Shown: piece after piece, positions 61,481 through 64,000 of the stretch
Layout: each line of letters begins with the position of its first letter
Numbering within the stretch: position 1 is the first letter of the stretch
Assembly (NCBI GenBank): GCA_038734945.1
Contig: JAVYOA010000009.1
Location: 248,001-312,000, forward strand
Reading direction: 5' to 3'
DNA: 64,000 nt
Origin: Fervidicoccaceae archaeon
GTDB taxonomy: Archaea > Thermoproteota > Thermoprotei_A > Sulfolobales > Fervidicoccaceae
Position numbers and translations under genes: made by a program
The notes under the pieces: generated by a model
Seen by the model: only the letters and a program-made list of their open reading frames with translations
The model's database searches: none
Told to the model about the DNA's origin: nothing

Positions 61481-63871
61481 ATGGTCAGAGAGAAAATAAA
61501 GATAATTGGAATTGACTGCCCAACGTGCGTTTATGCCATAAATAAAAGCTTGTTGAAAGTTATAGGCTTCATGAAGCTTGAAGTAGACGTTTCCAGCGGA
61601 GTTGCAATAATTGAATATGACAATAGCCTAACAAATTTGAACAAAATTTATGAAGCTATTAGGGAGGCAGGCTATGATGCTGAAAAAGAAATTATTGAAT
61701 TTACAGCAGATTTTGAGGCTGAGCAGGTTAAGAGCATCGAGGAAAAGATTCTCAATGCCCGAGGAATTTTCGACGTAAAGGCCTCTCCACTTTCAGGAAC
61801 TATCAGAATTGCGCTTAATCCGCATTCATCTGAAAAAGAGAAGCTTGGAGAGATGCTGGAATCTATCGGAATCAGGAAGAAGGAAACTACAAAGAAAGAA
61901 GGAGGAAAGGAAGAGGGTAAAGCAGTTCTAGCTAAGAAGCTGTTGGCCTTCTCCCTTGGAATTTGTGTGATAGCTCTCTCCATGCTGGGCCTCGGCTCAA
62001 GCGGAGGGATCCCCCTTCTTGCAATAATACTTCTAGCATCAATCGTTCAGCTCCTATCTCTTGAGACATTGAAAAGAGGACTGAAAAGTCTGATTGTTGG
62101 AACCCCAATTATGGACTCTCTCATCGCTTTATCTTCCACAATTTCCTTCGTTTTTGGATTGTTTTTTTCAATATTGGAGCCATCACCATCTATAAGTCCA
62201 GTCCACCCCACCTCATTCTTCGAGGCATCATCGGGAGTCCTCGGCTTTGTCGGTCTAGGAAAATATCTTGAGGGCAGACTCAGATATAGGGCAGCAAGTT
62301 ATCTTAGAGAAATTGAGAGAACGATGGAGGGAAAAGCCAGGGTTTTAAGAGATGGAAGCTTGGTTGAAGTCGAAGCGAAGGAGCTTAAACCAAATGACAT
62401 AATTGAGGTCAAGAATGGTGAGAAAATTCCTGCTGATGGAATAGTGATAGAGGGAAAGGGCTATGTGAATGAATCAGCCTTCACAGGGGAGAGCTTGCCA
62501 GTCTTCAAGACAAGTGAAAGGAGGGATAGTGTATTAGCGGGGACAATGCTGGTGTCTGGTTATATGAAGATTAGAGCAACGAGAGTTGGAAAAGATACCT
62601 CCATTTCTCATATAGCGGCAAGTGCGAGGGAGGCACAGCTATACAAGCCCCGCTTTCAGATGATGGCAGATAGAATAGTTGGACGAATGACTTGGGCTGT
62701 TATCATAATTGCTCTATCTTCCTTCTTAGCATGGTTCACCTATACACACAATATATCTCTTTCCCTAATTTTTACAGCATCTGTCTTGGCCGTTACTTGT
62801 CCTTGCCCCCTTGGTATAGCAATTCCAATGGTTGTTTCCCTTGGTATTTCTAACCTTGCCAGAAAGGGGGTTATCGTAAGAAGGGGAGATGTATTCGAAA
62901 GGGCAAAAAATGCCACAATGGTAATCTTTGATAAGACAGGAACGCTTACAAAAGGCAAGCCGAAGGTAGCTAAATTTATTTCTTTGAGCAATCAAAACAA
63001 TATTGATTTTTTATCATATGTTTGCTCCATTGAGAAGAAAAGTGAGCATATTCTGGGAGAGGCAATACTGGAGTTTTGCGCGGCTAAAGGTATAGAAAAA
63101 GCCGACGAACCCTCAGATTTTGAGAACTTTCCTGGTCTCGGAATTGTTTCCAGATTCAACGAGGAAATTTTCGCTGTAGGTAGCATCGAATTGATGAAAA
63201 AGATGGGAGCTCAAATTGAAGAAAGTGTTTATGATGAGGTGAGCAGAATAGGAAGAAATGGTGGTACCCCTATACTTGTATATCACAATGGCAGAGTTTG
63301 GGGGATATTCGAAATACATGATGAGCTTAGAGAGGAGGCAAAGGAGATTGTGGATTTCTTCAAGAAAAGGGGATTGAAGGTTGGAATTGCTAGTGGAGAT
63401 GTGGAAGAGAGCGTGAAGAATATAACTGAAAAAGTCGGTGCTGATTTTTTCAGAGCATCCCTAAGGCCTGAGGATAAGGCAGATCTCATTAGGGAGATGG
63501 AGAGTAAAGGGGAGAAAGCGGTCTTTGTTGGCGATGGAGTCAATGATGCAGTGGCTCTGGGGGCATCATTTCTCGGCATTTCCACAAGCAAGGCAGCAGA
63601 TATTGCGAAAGAAGCAGGAGACGTGGTTCTCGCTTCTGATGGCCTCAATGGACTGAAGGAACTATTCATTGTGAGCAACAAAGTTCTGAAGGGAGCCAAG
63701 GAAAATTTGATTTGGGCTTTTCTCTACAATGGAGTGCTAATTCCAGTTGCATCAGGCCTTCTCTATCCTTTCTTCGGCATCATTCTTATGCCCCACTTTG
63801 CTGCTCTTAGCATGGTTCTCAGCGATATAACCGTAATACTTAATTCATTTAGGGTTCTCACTGTGGGTTAA
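61481..63871 (+). CDS. copA: P1B-type copper-transporting ATPase
   Basis: GIDCPTC HMA, TGES, CPC, DKTGT, SEH, GDGVND, YN and M-x-x-S in the last TMs. Confidence 0.93.
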   Translation: MVREKIKIIGIDCPTCVYAINKSLLKVIGFMKLEVDVSSGVAIIEYDNSLTNLNKIYEAIREAGYDAEKEIIEFTADFEAEQVKSIEEKILNARGIFDVKASPLSGTIRIALNPHSSEKEKLGEMLESIGIRKKETTKKEGGKEEGKAVLAKKLLAFSLGICVIALSMLGLGSSGGIPLLAIILLASIVQLLSLETLKRGLKSLIVGTPIMDSLIALSSTISFVFGLFFSILEPSPSISPVHPTSFFEASSGVLGFVGLGKYLEGRLRYRAASYLREIERTMEGKARVLRDGSLVEVEAKELKPNDIIEVKNGEKIPADGIVIEGKGYVNESAFTGESLPVFKTSERRDSVLAGTMLVSGYMKIRATRVGKDTSISHIAASAREAQLYKPRFQMMADRIVGRMTWAVIIIALSSFLAWFTYTHNISLSLIFTASVLAVTCPCPLGIAIPMVVSLGISNLARKGVIVRRGDVFERAKNATMVIFDKTGTLTKGKPKVAKFISLSNQNNIDFLSYVCSIEKKSEHILGEAILEFCAAKGIEKADEPSDFENFPGLGIVSRFNEEIFAVGSIELMKKMGAQIEESVYDEVSRIGRNGGTPILVYHNGRVWGIFEIHDELREEAKEIVDFFKKRGLKVGIASGDVEESVKNITEKVGADFFRASLRPEDKADLIREMESKGEKAVFVGDGVNDAVALGASFLGISTSKAADIAKEAGDVVLASDGLNGLKELFIVSNKVLKGAKENLIWAFLYNGVLIPVASGLLYPFFGIILMPHFAALSMVLSDITVILNSFRVLTVG

Positions 63872-63918
63872 CCTTGTAGGTTTTTCAACGCTCTTGAATA
63901 ATTAGGAGTCGCAAGCCT

Positions 63919-64000
63919 CTAGAGGGATATACTTCTGTACCTTCTTATTGATGCTATGAAGCACATTGAAATCGTGAATATATTGAGACCTATAACTATG
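63919..64000 (-). CDS. 3' end of a probable membrane protein extending beyond the window
   Basis: Open frame IVIGLNIFTISMCFIASIRRYRSISL-stop. Confidence 0.4.
   Translation of the reverse strand, partial: IVIGLNIFTISMCFIASIRRYRSISL

Overview
64 kb of densely coding, AT-rich archaeal chromosome. Gene content (ESCRT-III/CdvB paralogue, short XPF, TFE-beta, S30e, stand-alone 5S rRNA, frequent TTG/GTG starts with GGTGA-type SD) points to a Thermoprotei crenarchaeon, Desulfurococcales/Fervidicoccales-like; this taxonomy is an inference. The window is mostly housekeeping: porAB, gatCAB, thrS, leuS, valS, tyrS, glnA, dnaG, xerA, uppS, rps8e-srp19-gar1-tfb, trxB, geranylgeranyl reductases, 2-oxoacid:ferredoxin oxidoreductase and a CopM-CopA copper module. 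I found no CRISPR array, IS or provirus. The most interesting signal is at 26213-26274 (minus strand): an isolated 3' half of tRNA-Gln that starts exactly at position 38. It has its own TATA box and a 24-nt G-rich leader whose end would form a bulge-helix-bulge with a Gln anticodon loop, so it is a candidate trans-spliced split tRNA whose 5' half lies outside the window. Other highlights: a candidate box C/D sRNA with guides complementary to that tRNA half, a box C/D sRNA between the HARP and Rnl3 RNA ligase genes, an archaeal homologue of Arm/Rmt 16S rRNA m7G1405 methyltransferases, probable non-canonical starts (CTG for leuS, ATA/ATT for HARP), a structured dnaG 5' leader, and three small genes missed by the ORF track. 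All family calls are from motif recognition; no database searches were run.
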